64,000 bases of DNA from Octopus vulgaris (taxonomy: Eukaryota). A program made the translations under genes and the position numbers. Positions 1 through 13,265 of this stretch are shown here, in pieces. Positions within the stretch are counted from its first letter, which is position 1; every line of letters begins with the position of its first letter. The notes below the pieces were generated by a model. The model was given only the letters and a program-made list of their open reading frames with translations, was not told the DNA's origin and did no database searches. Where the stretch lies: NCBI GenBank assembly GCA_951406725.2, contig OX597814.1, positions 154,752,001 through 154,816,000 on the forward strand. Reading direction: 5' to 3'.

Positions 1-470
1 GATTTGAGAGACTTCTGCTGCTCCGCCCATCACCTTGGGGGCAAATTTCGCCGACATTTTTCGCATGCTCAAATCCTCTGTTAAAATGTGCATTATTCTC
101 ACTTCGTGAGCAATTTCCTAGATTGTTACACGACAGTCTTCCATGACCATTCTCGACTGACTCCTCGTTTGGCTTGTGGATGGCCTTTCTGAGCGTGCCT
201 AACTCACCACTGGAGTGTGGCCATGTTTGAAGCGGTTCTTCCACTCTTGATCTGATTTTTGCTCATGGCATCATCGCCAAAGACCTGCTGAATCCTCTGA
301 AAGGTTTCAGTTTGAGTATCACCAAGGCTTTTGACAAAAGCTGATGCCATATCTCTGCTCATTGCGTTCGGTGAAAGCGAAACTCCAACGAGAATCTATA
401 GGATTTTACCCACGCGGCATTAGTTTTGGCGCGAAAAATATAAAGTCGGATACTTTTCGAATGCATCTAT
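1..470 (-). mobile_element. Decayed mariner transposon, 5' part (runs off the window edge)
   Basis: The minus strand translates, with frameshifts and stops, to EQRYGISFC..LGDTQTETFQRIQQVFGDDAMS..RFKHG..RSERPSTS..ILTEDLSMRKMSAKF, a mariner HTH N-terminus. A TIR-like TTCGAAAAGTATCCGACTTT lies at about 442-461. Confidence 0.85.
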
Positions 471-1099
471 TTTAACTAATTATTATAAGTTCAATTGCAA
501 ACGTGCAAAAAAAATCAGCACTATGATTTTAACTGTTATATTAGTTATGCAATTACGACACGCCCTGCTAGCTCACAATGCACAATTGCAATGCACCAAA
601 TCATACAACACAGAAAACAGTACAAAGACATTAGTGCACAATATATCCACAGTATATCTAGACCACACAGGGAAGTGCTAAAATAAATACACACACAACA
701 TACATTATGCAACAGCAAAAACAAACATCTGACTGATGACATGAATTTATAAGTAATGTCTACATCAATCTCACATATACGTATACATAAGAAAACGTGT
801 ATGCTGCGTATATTCTCACATACATGTGCATCTGCATGTCCATTTTATTGTATTCATTTAAATAGTAATGTTCGCTTTCTTTTTTTAATTCAATTTTGAC
901 TGGCCACCTACTTGGTAGCAACGTCATGAAGAAAAGCATCTTATTCTATCCTATTTATGTTATAAATCATAAGATCCTGGAGATTTTTATAGTCTCACAT
1001 GTCGTAATCATTTTTAGATATGAATTTGTATTCTCTCCCCAAGAACCCAAATTCAGCCATACTTTGCTTCAGACGGGTTGGTACGCATTGTATGTATGG

Positions 1100-1205
1100 G
1101 GAGAATTCACAAAATCAAAAGACGAAGACAGGTGGTGTAGATAACAAATAGATGTCTTAGTATAACGCTCGGGAAGTAAAAAAGTCTTTAACGTTTCGAG
1201 ACTAC
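1100..1205 (-). mobile_element. Fragment of short Penelope-like repeat family
   Basis: Reverse complement matches 43500-43600 (ctcgaaacgt.aaagacttt..cc.gagcg.tatactaa..ccacctg.cttcgtcttttg). Confidence 0.6.
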
Positions 1206-1452
1206 ATGTATGCATGCATGCGCACCTTTTTATGCCAATCTGATAACGTACCACTCCAGTATAACCAACGGCAAATACTGAGGAAATTTTCACAGGAAAT
1301 CATTTACAAGCAATGGTGTTAGAAACAGAGTGAAACCGAAACAATTGTCACAGAGGTGTACTCAATTCATTCTTCTTCATATTTATATAACAACGAAGGC
1401 AGCTATATGCAATATAAAACCAAAAAGGAAAATATTGAATTAACATTAATTA

Positions 1453-1570
1453 TGACTGACGGTGCGGCAAAGAAGCACATTTCTATGCATAGACATGTTC
1501 TTCTTTGCGGCTCTAAAGGCTTTTAACTCTTATTTCTAGCAATACAGGTGCTACCCTGCACCGTCAGTCA
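1453..1570. mobile_element. Small MITE-like element
   Basis: Perfect 13-bp inverted termini TGACTGACGGTGC / GCACCGTCAGTCA. Confidence 0.5.
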
Positions 1571-1982
1571 CAAATAATGACAATTATATATTTATATGTA
1601 TTGATATATACAGTATATCCACGTGATCGACCAGACTATCAGATGTTGTTATAGATCGCTAGTCACAATGCGCTTTGCATCGTTTTAGCTTTCGAATAAT
1701 GAGGTCCCACTGACTAGGCCCGCCCAACATTCCTTCGGATCGGAAGGCCACAACTGAATGGATTGGAGAAACTTGAAACGAAGTGTTTTGGTTACGAACA
1801 CAATGCCACAATGCACTGCGCGGTCCGGAAACCAAACACCGATTTAGCGATCGTCAGTGCAATACGCTGACCACTAGGCCACACACACATACACGCTCGC
1901 ACACAGACACACACATACGCACACATACACACACATTGGTCACACGGCCTTCGAGAAATATATATAGATATATATACACACC

Positions 1983-2028
<46 letters not shown>

Positions 2029-2251
2029 TGTGTATATGTATAGTGAACAGCTGTTCGCATCTTACATAAGTTCACTGGCTTATTTTATAATATTTACTTT
2101 TTATTGACAGTGCGCAACTATCGTCAATGTCTTCAGGATAAGAAACGAAAAAGTTTTCGAAGTCCGTTCCCAATTAAAGGAATATAAATAATTTTCAATA
2201 AAATAAAGAGTAAACACGAAATATTACATGTGGTTTTATACATACATACCT

Positions 2252-2300
<49 letters not shown>

Positions 2301-2802
2301 GTAGTACCATGCATGTATACAGGAAATACATTCATATGGTGACCTAAACACATGGGCAACCATATTCATATTTATAGTGTCAAACAAATGTGCGCGCATT
2401 CTTTCACTATCACATATATACGCGTGCCTACACACACATGCGTGCGCGCCCTCATACACACATACATACACACACGCAGGGTTGTATGTATATAAATATG
2501 TTATATTCGTTTCCACCAAACCTTCCCAATACCCAACCAATCAGCTTGTCTGATCACCATTTAATTACAGTATTCACTTTCAAACAGTGGTGTTTAATTT
2601 CATGTGTAGGTGGCTGTACGGGGAATGGAAAAATACATAAATAAATACGTACGTAACTACATACATAGATACATGCATGCATACATATATACATACATGT
2701 ATGTATATATATGCATATAGATATACATGTATATATATATATATATATATATGCATGAACACATTTACATATACACATATGCTATATGTATATGGAGTGA
2801 GT

Positions 2803-2859
<57 letters not shown>

Positions 2860-3099
2860 GAAGAACGAGAGAAGAAAAAACGAGAGAAAAAGAAAAGGAA
2901 AGAAAGAAAAAGTAAGAAATGGTGAAAGTATAACGGTTTTACGATGAAGAATTGCAAAGGAGAAGCAGAGAAAGGGAAAGCGAGAGAATGCGCATGCTCG
3001 AGAGAATATGATATTAAAGTATTAAAGTATGTTATGTGTGCGTATCTGAATATATAAATATATATGTAAGCACGGTATGTATATATATATAAAAATAAA

Positions 3100-3277
3100 A
3101 TTTTTTTTCCTCTGTCTTCCCTTCTCGGGATCTTTCCTTCTCCTTTGTTTCCGACGAAGAGCTCCGCTCGAAACGTTAAACCCTCCTTCCCTTCTTTCCT
3201 GAGCGTCAAATAATACTTTAATTGTTCCACGTCCTCGCGTTGCTGTTTTTTTCTGTATTTTCTTGTTTGGATTAACT
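3100..3277 (+). mobile_element. Short Penelope-like repeat with hammerhead-like motif
   Basis: Homologous to 9903-10110 and 13058-13265. Ends in ggattaac followed by (TA)n. Confidence 0.75.
3147..3181 (+). ncRNA. Minimal type-I hammerhead-ribozyme-like motif (CCGA core variant)
   Basis: GUUU-CCGACGA-A-GAGC(UCC)GCUC-GAAAC-GUU-AAAC: helix I GUUU/AAAC, helix II GAGC/GCUC, palindromic AACGUU. Confidence 0.6.
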
Positions 3278-3308
3278 ATATATATATACATATATAATTA
3301 TGTATGTG

Positions 3309-3412
<104 letters not shown>

Positions 3413-3933
3413 CATATGTATATATATATATATACATATGTAAGACGAGGTATAAATAATGGTCATTGCATGTTCTTCTTTATTGCAGTGCATTGACTTG
3501 CAAATGTTTCGAATAGTCATTATAGATCTGTTATCGATAAGTTTACTCAGTCGCCTCATTGATCGTTTGAGAAAAATTCATCGATCGAAAAAGTTTATGG
3601 TACTTTCGACAAAGTCATTTCTAGTTACATACAGTATGTATATTTACACACATGCGCGCACGTGAACATAGACACACATACAATACACATTAGTAGTGCC
3701 AAAAGAGAACTCAATACCGTGGAAAATGTATATATTATTTATTATATAAAATACGCTGAGGTTGCCCCAGCGATACCCTAGTATTCTTTGTAGAAGAGCG
3801 TATCTGCCAGAATTCAGTTAGTCGGTGATACGTCCGACTGTAAACCACAAAATATGAAGACTTCGCTGCATGCATGCTGAGTATTGGCAAGGCGTCCTAG
3901 CAGCAATTTGCATACAAGACTATACGTGTATAT

Positions 3934-3988
<55 letters not shown>

Positions 3989-4237
3989 GGAAGAGAGTGA
4001 GAGTGAGAGAGAGTGAGAGAGATATGCGCGCGCACACTCACTCACACATACGCACACATCTACATATATATTCAACATGTGCAGTTTTTAATCCACTCAC
4101 GTTCTTTCCCTCTCCGCTTTTTTTTTTCTATTCCTCTCTCCATCGGTTTTCTCTCTTCATTCCTCTGTGTAGAAGAGCGTAGGCTCGAAATATCAAAAGT
4201 TTCCCATTTTTCCTGAGCGTCAAACTAATGCAATCAT

Positions 4238-4441
4238 GCAGTGAGCACGCATTCTCCAGGTTCCGCAGCCATCTTGAGGTTGCGGTAGAAGCTGAGGGAG
4301 GCTAATTTGAGTAAACTGTTATCTCCTACCCATAATGTAATTGATATTTCATGATATTTAAATACCTTCATTTTGTGATGGAATACTGTTTTCTTTTCTT
4401 TTCTTTTCTTTTCTTATCAAATCTAGCTCGGACACCCTGTA
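4238..4441 (+). mobile_element. 3' end of a maT/DD37D-like Tc1/mariner element
   Basis: Translates to AFSRFRSHLEVAVEAEGG*FE*, like the C-terminus at 61720-61790, and ends in GGACACCCTG-TA. Confidence 0.6.
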
Positions 4442-4497
4442 TACATCCATCCATCCATCCATCCATCCATCCATCCATCTATACATACATATGAGTG

Positions 4498-4562
<65 letters not shown>

Positions 4563-4717
4563 CAGTGTTATTTTTTCTGAAATATAAGGATTTGATGAAA
4601 TAATTCGAAATGATTTCAAGGACATCGATGATCTAAAATAACATTGAATGAATGAATATATACTTAATTTTAATGAAAATTTTGTATTAAATAAATCAGG
4701 TGGGATCATCTCTTGTG

Positions 4718-5015
4718 GCTTTGTGGTTAAGGTATTCGGCTCACGATCGCTAAGTCGGTAGTTCGATACCAGCCGGCGTGTTGTGTCATTGAGCAAGAAG
4801 CTTTATTTCACGATACTCCAGTCAACGTAGCTGGCAAAAACGAGTTGTACCCGTAATTGAAATGGCCAGCCTTGTCATATTCCGTGTCACGCAGAATCTC
4901 ACGAAGAACTACGTGTTTGTGATGTACTCAGCCACTTCCATGTTACTTTCACGAACAGGCTGTTCCATTGATTGGATCAAATGGAACCCTTGTTGTCGTA
5001 ACTGACGGAGCACCA
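4718..5015 (+). mobile_element. SINE family C, degenerate copy
   Basis: tRNA-like head (gtggttaagg..gttcgatacc). Body and tail match the reverse complement of 38383-38773. Confidence 0.75.
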
Positions 5016-5046
5016 TTCTTAAAAATTATTTTTATGTTCTTTACCC

Positions 5047-5295
5047 TTTTACTCTTTTATTTGTTTCAGTCATTTGACTGCGGCCATGCTGGAGCACCGC
5101 ATTTAGTCGAACAAATCGACCCCAAGACTTATTCTTTGGAAGCTTAGTACTTATTCTATCGGTCTCTTTTGCCGAAACGCTAAGTTACGGGGACGTAAAC
5201 ACACCAACATCGGTTGTCAAGCGATGTTGGGAGGACAAACACAGACACATAAACACATATACACACACGCACACACACACTCACACAGACACACA

Positions 5296-5343
<48 letters not shown>

Positions 5344-5488
5344 CATATATATGACGGGCTTCTTTTAGTTTCGTCTACCAAATCCGCTCACAAGGCTTTG
5401 GTTGGCCCGAGGCTATAGTAGAAGACACATTGCCCGCGCAGTGGGACTGAACCCGGAACCATGTGGTTGGTAAGCAAGCTACTTACCA
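5047..5488 (-). mobile_element. SINE family B (tRNA head, internal microsatellite), near full length
   Basis: Reverse complement matches 28246-28684, with a B-box-like gggttcagtcc and a central (CA)n/(TA)n tract. Confidence 0.9.
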
Positions 5489-5684
5489 ATTAAAGTTTTC
5501 ATGCACCAATCAACTCTTGAATTATGTCTTGATTTATTGATGTCATAGGTTTCCCCAAGCATCGTGTCTAAATAGTTTATAAGCTGAGAGAATACTTTTG
5601 ATTAACTTACTGGAATAAGCAAGAACATAATCATTTTGCTGTATTTACTCTCTGTATTGAAAAAAACTATCGTATTTTTTTATA

Positions 5685-5897
5685 CGAAGGGGTGCTGAAA
5701 TGTTCCTGGCTTTAAGTTGTATTGCGAAGGGCCTGGGTGGAAGCCGAACTTTCTGAGTTCTTTTACAGGGCTTAGAATAACTGGAGGACAGCTGCAATAA
5801 GTGTGAATCTGAAAGGGGAATATGTTGAATAATATAATTAACTGATCCTCCTGTATTTTCTGTTATCCAAAGCCAAAAACTTTTCAGCACTCCTTCG
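5685..5897. mobile_element. Mariner-derived MITE
   Basis: TIRs CGAAGGGGTGCTGAAA.. / ..TTTCAGCACTCCTTCG with TA on both sides. A partial copy lies at about 13909-14010. Confidence 0.85.
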
Positions 5898-7151
5898 TAT
5901 ATGTCGTATCAATTTTATGAAAATTGTGTCGTTAATTTCAGTTTTTCATCAGGCCAGTCTCTGGCTCGCTATCTGCAAGAACGATAATAACTAAAGTTAC
6001 CGACAAGCGCAGGAGAAACGAGTGCTTTGGAATATCTTTGGGTGTAGCAGCAGTAACAGCCAACACCAGGGAATTGTACTCCATTGTGGGTTTCTTTTGA
6101 ACTTTGTAGAGGACAAGTAGTTGTCGAGGGATGAACTATTTTCTAGCTCCGAAGAAGAAAGTCAGTCTTTCCTCTGTAAAGGATGCGCATTCGCTAGTTG
6201 AGCTCCTCAGTAATAGTTAGACCTAACACTTCAAGCGATTAAGGCGGTTCTAGTAACAGGGTGTTCATGTTTTACGAGAGTTAGTGTATGATAACATTTT
6301 CTTGATATCGATACATGGATGTTTATGTAGTTTAGAAGTTCGCTTCTTATTTGCGTGGTTTCGGGTTCAGCAACACTGCGTTGCAGCTTGGGTAAGCACC
6401 TTTGACTACAATCCGGGCCTTGAGTGAATTTGGCGAGTAGTTTGTGAAAATGTGCAAAGGTCGGAACGTTGAGGCACATACTCTCAAATTACCCTCTAGA
6501 TCTTGAGTACAGGTACACACGAGCCATAACCAACTCCTGAGATTCTTGGTTGATGCAGTGAGAGAGCGGTTTAAGTGAATTGCCAGCGGCCAGAGACCAC
6601 AAGTGGTGGAGTATGGGAAGATAAAGTTTTGCAAGGAAGGTGAATGCTGTAAAACTTTATCTTCTATAAGGAAGAATAATGATCTGAAATGGTAGGGGAC
6701 ATGGAAGTTCTCTGTTGACCTTGATGTTAAATCTCAGTTTCGACATTTTTTACCACCAAATGACATGACATTGTCATATGGTGCAAAAAAAGGACAGTTC
6801 TCTGGAAAACGAACATTGCAGACGCTTTCCTCAGGAAAGACAGAAAAATAGAGTTAGTTGAAGTTTGCGAAAATAATAGATGAAAGGCTGTATGCCTTCC
6901 TGTGGAAATAGATTTAAGATGATTCACTCGATGCTCAGAAGTCTTGGACTAGCTGCAAAGGAGATAAAAATATTGACAGAAAATTGTCGGAAGCCGCTAA
7001 AAATGCAAGGCATCACATCTAGTTCAAGGGAGAGGAGAAGCAGTGCAGCAATAATGAATACTGAGAATGGTAGAAACATCTGTGTAAAGTCGCATCTGAC
7101 GCAACAAAGCTCATACTGTTGTGTAGGAGCTCTGCTGCTTATATCGATGGG

Positions 7152-7673
7152 TAGCTTGGGCGCGAAAATTTTTCCCGGGAGAGTTCCGGACCCCAGTTAA
7201 AAGCTCATTTGCATACAGCCAATCAGAGCTCAACTATCAAACTAATTTATGAGCGCATAACAAGTGATGGGCGATAAGATAAGGTCGTTTGAGTAAGGAA
7301 TGACCATGCTTCTTTTCTCATTTAATAATGCTTGTTGTTTTTGCTCATGTTTCAACCATGGCTGCCTCTGCTAGTTATTTGTATGGTTTACTTTATAAAA
7401 CAGGGTTTCTAGCACATCACCCTCTACCAACATTTTCCCCACCTACATCTTTACCATGCGGGGCCCAAACAAAATCTGATAATAGGTATAGATGCAAATC
7501 TAATTACTAGTCTCCTAATGATCAAGCATAACTTGGCGATCGGTCGACTTACAACACCCTTCTTGAATGCCAACCTTTGTTAACTTGACAACAAGGTCAA
7601 GGAGAGCTCTGATTGGCTGATGCAAATGAGTTCATTACTGGGGTCCGTTGGAAAATTTTTTGCAGCCCGGGTA
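7152..7673. mobile_element. MITE or foldback element with about 70-80 bp imperfect TIRs
   Basis: 7160-7231 is the reverse complement of 7604-7670 (cggaccccagt..ctcatttgcat.cagccaatcagagctc). Confidence 0.75.
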
Positions 7674-7828
7674 GCACTAGTGTCGCAACGGAGGGGTCTG
7701 AAACACATACAGAGATGCTTCACTGCCTGTTGAAACATCAACTCCTATATTCGGACACGGAGTATAGCAGCAACCTCGGCACACAAGATTTTATCCCTTA
7801 ATACACACGCACACACACACGCACACAC

Positions 7829-7868
<40 letters not shown>

Positions 7869-8299
7869 ACACACGCACACACACTCACATACACACACAA
7901 GAATAGATCTTGTGTGTGCAGATAAGTGTACGACTGCTGTTGTTGAGTTTAGAGCTCTACATAAATTCTCATCATCCAAGTATGTTTCAAGTATAATGGT
8001 TTCGTAGTATATGATAGTATATACTTAGTAGTATAGCAGTATACAGAAGACTAAAGTGACAAAGAGACTTTTGTTTTCTGCAACATAATGCAATAAAGTG
8101 TTCCCCTGGCGAGCCCTTGTCGCTAACCTTAAAACTGCACTTAGAACAGCTAATGCAGAAATCCCAAAAGCAACAATGGTGAAACGTACGTACGAACAAA
8201 TGATATCGATTTGTATTCATCGAAATTTCTCTCTCTCCCTCCCTCCCCACCCATCTCTTTCTCTCTCTCTCTCTCACACACACATAAATGTGTATATAC

Positions 8300-8335
<36 letters not shown>

Positions 8336-8358
8336 TTATACATGTGTACACATTTATG

Positions 8359-8520
8359 TGTCTGTGTTTGTGTTTGTCACCGCAGCGCTTGACACATGGT
8401 ATTGGTTTGTTTACGTCCCCCGTAACTTGGTGGATTGGCGAAAGGGATTAATATTTTCTTAGTCAACCCTACAAAACGGTGCTCCAGCATGACCGCATTC
8501 CAGTGACTAAAACAAGAAAA
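8359..8520 (+). mobile_element. SINE family B, degenerate 3' half
   Basis: tttacgtccccgtaactt..cggtgctccagcatg.ccgca..tgact.aaacaag. Confidence 0.75.
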
Positions 8521-9196
8521 GTCTATGCTTATGCAGTAATTGTGCGAATTTGTGAGGTCTGTTGAGTGAAACAAGGTTAATGTGACTCCATTATTGAGTA
8601 TTTTCTAGGCCTCCGCTCATGGAGACAAATACAGCATTGGCGTGAGATGTTAAGGGAGCATATGGCACGTTTGGGTGCAGAAGATTAAAGAAGTATGAAG
8701 GATAGTATCAAAAATATCGACTTAGAAATCGGTGATGTTAATAGTGACGGCAGTTAGATCATTGATGCATATAGATGTTTGTGACAAAACCGAGCGCTGG
8801 AGTACGCCATTGTCAATAGAGCTTGGGTCAGAGAGAGAGAGAAGAGAGAGGGAGTGGGAGAGGAGGGGGAGGAGAGAGTTACATTGGTACACCATGTGAT
8901 GGTACTAACAGGAAGTCACTGATCTAAGAGAGACGAGACAGATGGAGACTGGAGAAGATTTACGAGTCAGACTAAGTTGAAAACTTTCTTGGTGTCATGG
9001 ACAAGGATATTGCTTTAACCAAATCTTCTGAGGACGAGATTAGACCGTGTTAACAGAATAAAATTTTCCAGGGATATAACTTTTCCAATGTTTTTTTTAA
9101 CCAAAATTATTCATTCAAATAATGATTGTTCCTCATTACATGTAAGTTAATAAATCATCTTGGCTTACTTCATCATATATTGTCCTCTAATGTGTA

Positions 9197-9576
9197 CACT
9201 TGCGTCAGAAATTAATTAGCACTTCTCAAATTTCTACATTAAATAGGTTATATCAATTAACCTATGAGCTGTTCAAAACGTCTTACGCGATGAGAAAACT
9301 TAGTATGGTGTGATTTCGGTCCTTGCGAGGCGCTACCTATATCTATTAAACAAAGGAAGATTTGTCTGCATCCGCACTCCAAGTTGTTGTTGCACTGCTA
9401 TGTCAACATCATAAGGCTGTAGACTCTCAAACTGCTCTGCAAACAAAATTACGTCATCGTTCTGCGCAACAGTGAACTCGCAACAAAGCAATAGTTCGAG
9501 ATATGGCCACTAGGTGACAGCACATACCTTGAGTGAAGAGCAAATCAAGGGTGCTAATTAATTTCTGACGGTAGTG
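9197..9576. mobile_element. Tc1-like MITE
   Basis: 26-bp TIRs CACT(TG/AC)CGTCAGAAATTAATTAGCAC, with TA at 9195-96 and 9577-78. Confidence 0.88.
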
Positions 9577-9841
9577 TATATACAACTGTATATGTATACA
9601 TAGTCTACGCATGCATATACGTATGTATGTAATCTATGTGTGCATGTCTGTATAATTATGTATGTATGTATGTATGTATGTATGTATGTATGTATGTATG
9701 TATCTGTATGTATATATATATATATATATATACATATATATATGTGTGTTTCTTAAATGGCTTATAAACACCTTCCACGCTGCAATTGTTTTCGTTTCAG
9801 CACACGATCTCAGATCAAATTACTTGCTATGCGAGTACATC

Positions 9842-9902
<61 letters not shown>

Positions 9903-9908
<6 letters not shown>

Positions 9909-10110
9909 ATCCAAACACGAACAAAGAGAAAACACAACAACGCGAGGACGTGGAACAAGCATAGTGTTATTGGACGCTCAGGAAAGGAAAGAAAGAAGGA
10001 GGATTTAACGTTTCGAGCGGAGCTCTTCGTCAGAAACATAGAAGAAGGAAAGGTCCAAGGAAGGGAAGACGGAGAAAGAAAATCACCAACGATACACACG
10101 CGGTCACATA
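9903..10110 (-). mobile_element. Short Penelope-like repeat with hammerhead-like motif
   Basis: Highly similar to 13058-13265 and 3100-3277. Flanked by (TA)n on both sides. Confidence 0.8.
10003..10037 (-). ncRNA. Minimal type-I hammerhead-ribozyme-like motif, intact CUGANGA core
   Basis: GUUU-CUGACGA-A-GAGC(UCC)GCUC-GAAAC-GUU-AAAU. Confidence 0.7.
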
Positions 10111-10113
10111 TTG

Positions 10114-10175
<62 letters not shown>

Positions 10176-10344
10176 GTGTATGTATATGTGTGTGTGTATA
10201 CATAGTCTAAAGTAGTGGTAAAAGTGAAAGAGAGGGGTTTAAAAATCGAATGTAGAAATTAGTCCGAAGTTATTTGTGAATTATGCGTTCATTAGCCTAA
10301 GGAGAATAGGTTGGAAGAGACGAGAAATGGAGAAGAAATAAGAG

Positions 10345-10411
<67 letters not shown>

Positions 10412-10639
10412 TAGAAAAGGAGAGGAAGAACAAACGTGAAAAATTAGGATAGATAAAGATAGACAGATAATAAGAGAGGTAGATCAGACAGGCTGTCAGT
10501 CAGTCAGTCATATTGATAGACACATTGACGGAGATAGAGATGTAGAGCAACGGTAGAGAGGCGGAGAGAGGGAAAAAAAGCCTCAACCACAGAGCCAGAG
10601 TGCGTAGTGAGGTGGAAGGCATATTGTGTACGAACGAGT

Positions 10640-10665
10640 GTGTATGTATGTATGTATGTATGTAT

Positions 10666-10697
<32 letters not shown>

Positions 10698-11059
10698 TGT
10701 ATGTATGTATGTATGTATGCATGTATGTATGTATGTATGTAAGTATGTAAGTATGTATGTATGTATGTATGTATGTAAGTATGTATGTATGTATGTATGT
10801 ATGTGTGTGTGTATGTATGTATGTATGTAAGTATGTATGTATGTATGTATGCATGCATGTATGTATGTATGTATGTATGTATGTATGTATGTATGTATGT
10901 ATGTATGTATGTATGCATGCATGTATGTATGTAAGTAAGTATGTAAGTATGTATGTATGTATGTATGTAAGTATGTATGTATGTATGTACGTATGTATGT
11001 ATGTATGCATGTATGCATGCATGTATGTATGTATGTATGTATGTATGTATGCATGCATG

Positions 11060-11090
<31 letters not shown>

Positions 11091-11379
11091 GTATGTATGT
11101 ATGTATGTATGTATGCATGCATGTATGTATGTAAGTAAGTATGTAAGTATGTATGTATGTATGTATGTATGTATGTATGTATGTATGTATGTATGTATGT
11201 ATGTATGCATGCATGTATGTATGTATGTATGTATGTATGTATGTATGTGTGTATGTATGTATGTATGTATGTATGTATGCATGTATCTATGTATGTATGT
11301 ATGCATGCATGCATGCATGTATGTATGTATGTATGTATGTAAGTATGTATGTATGTATGTATGTATGTATGTATGTATG

Positions 11380-11410
<31 letters not shown>

Positions 11411-11471
11411 GTATGTAAGTATGTAAGTATGTATGTATGTATACATGTATGCATGTATGTATGTATGGATG

Positions 11472-11502
<31 letters not shown>

Positions 11503-11590
11503 GTATGTATGTATGTAAGTATGTATGTATGTATGTATGTATGCATGTATGTTTGTATGTATGTATGTATTTATGTATGTGTGTGTGTAT
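10640..11590. repeat. About 950-bp (TATG)n tetranucleotide array with variant units
   Basis: Directly visible; interspersed CATG, TAAG and TGTG variants. Confidence 0.98.
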
Positions 11591-11859
11591 GTGTGTGTAT
11601 GTGAGTGAAAGAGAGAGAAAGGGAGAAAGAGAGAGAGGGAGAGAGAAAGAGAGAGAGAGAGAGAGGGGGGGGGCAAAGAGTAAGCGTAGTGGAAAGCGAA
11701 AGTAAGTGTATGGTAGTGGCGGCGGCGTAGCAGCATTGACGGAAATGGCAGGCGTGTATTTTTTGTTTGTTTCTTTTTTGAGGCTATGGCTCAACTTGGA
11801 ATGTGAAACGGCGCATGTATGTCTACTAGCCATGTGTACAACTTACAACAGGGTTGTAC

Positions 11860-12203
11860 CGGTGGTGGTATGAAGAAGGTGGTAGTGGTGGTGGTGGTGG
11901 TGGCGGTGGTGGTTGACGGCGGGGTTTAATTTGTCTGTAAAGGGATAGATGGCGCCCTCTTCTACACCATCATTGCACATTCTGTTCTGCTAATTGCCCC
12001 CTGCTCTTGTTGCTGCTGTTACTGTTGTTTGTTGTTGTTGTTTGTTGTTGTTGTTGTTTGTTGTTTGGTGTTCGTCGATGCTGCCACATGGAACTGCGTG
12101 CACCACCACCACCAACACCGCCGCCTCCGCCACCACCACCACCACCACCACCACCGCCGCCGCCGCCGCCGCTGCCACCACCACCACCACCACCACCACC
12201 ACC

Positions 12204-12235
<32 letters not shown>

Positions 12236-12430
12236 CAACAACAACAGCAATGCTAAAATCATCCCCACCTACAGCACTGCAACCAACACCAACATCAGTA
12301 TTACCACCTACACCGCAACTGGTATCTCACTGACATCATCATCTACAACCCATTGCTGCTATCACCAACACCAACACCATTACGACGACCACGACCACTA
12401 GCACGACCACCACCACCACTAACAACAACT
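11860..12430. repeat. Compound trinucleotide region (GGT)n, (GTT)n, (CAC)n/(CGC)n, (AAC)n
   Basis: Directly visible. Confidence 0.9.
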
Positions 12431-13057
12431 ATAAAGAAACGAACACAATGATCACCTCTAGCAACCTCCCGTCGCCACCACTGACACTAAACTTATAATA
12501 AATAGTAGCCAAACCTTTTCTGTATCATACTCATTCCTAAATTACACTCATCAAATATAAACAGTAAGTCCAAGGATGAGGGTGATGGAACAACATTTAT
12601 TATTGCAGTACGATCGTTTCGACAGTTGAATGTTCCACACTCATAGTCCATAGATATTGTATTTGCTGTATTTGTATACTTATTGTTATTCTTTTCTTCT
12701 GTTATATATGACCATAAGGCGTTGCATTGTTATATATGCATAATTCTTCGTCTGTTGTATTTATATATTGTCTCGTTTGTTTCTGCCTCAGTATACATTC
12801 GCTAGCTTTTTCCCAGTAGCTTAATATCAGCACTGGCACAGTCAATGTTGAGTGGTCTCAATGATAATAGTGCGAAGCCGCGATATTTTGGTTCTTTGAC
12901 TGACGAGGAAAACTCAGCCGCGAATATTCCGTGTGTCGTGTCTTTGTCTATATTCCCTGTCCGTAAAGTTTTCGTCTACTTTCCCGTCTGCTCTACTTTC
13001 GTTTAACTTTTTCTCCTTGTTATGTTCTGTCTGTTCAGTCGTTTATATATATATATA

Positions 13058-13265
13058 TACTTAATCCAAACATGAACAAAGAGAAAACACAACAATGCGA
13101 GGACGTGGAACAAAAATAGTGTTTTTGGACGCTCAGGAAAGGAAAGAAAGGGGGAGGATATAACGTTTCGAGCGGAGCTCTTCGTCTGAATCATAGAAAA
13201 AGGAAAGGTCCAAGGATGGGAAGACGGAGAAAGAAAATCGCCAACGATACACACGCGGTCACATA
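13058..13265 (-). mobile_element. Short Penelope-like repeat; hammerhead-like motif at 13158-13192 (core mutated to CAGACGA)
   Basis: Near-copy of 9903-10110. Confidence 0.8.

Noticed and set aside
6000-7050. Possible old minus-strand LINE relic (also 8580-9050)
   Set aside because: Only a faint resemblance to RT-linker motifs; cannot be supported without a profile search.
10504-11833. Long ORFs (up to 416 aa) of HTYI/MYVC repeats
   Set aside because: These are translations of the stop-free (TATG)n array, with no coding signal.
11990-12401. Poly-T/A/N, poly-P and poly-H/Q ORFs
   Set aside because: These are trinucleotide microsatellites open in several frames and on both strands. No domain or splice support.
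12899-12935. CTGACGA-GGAA..TTCC hammerhead-like start
   Set aside because: It lacks the GAAA and cleavage-site segment, so it is too decayed to call.
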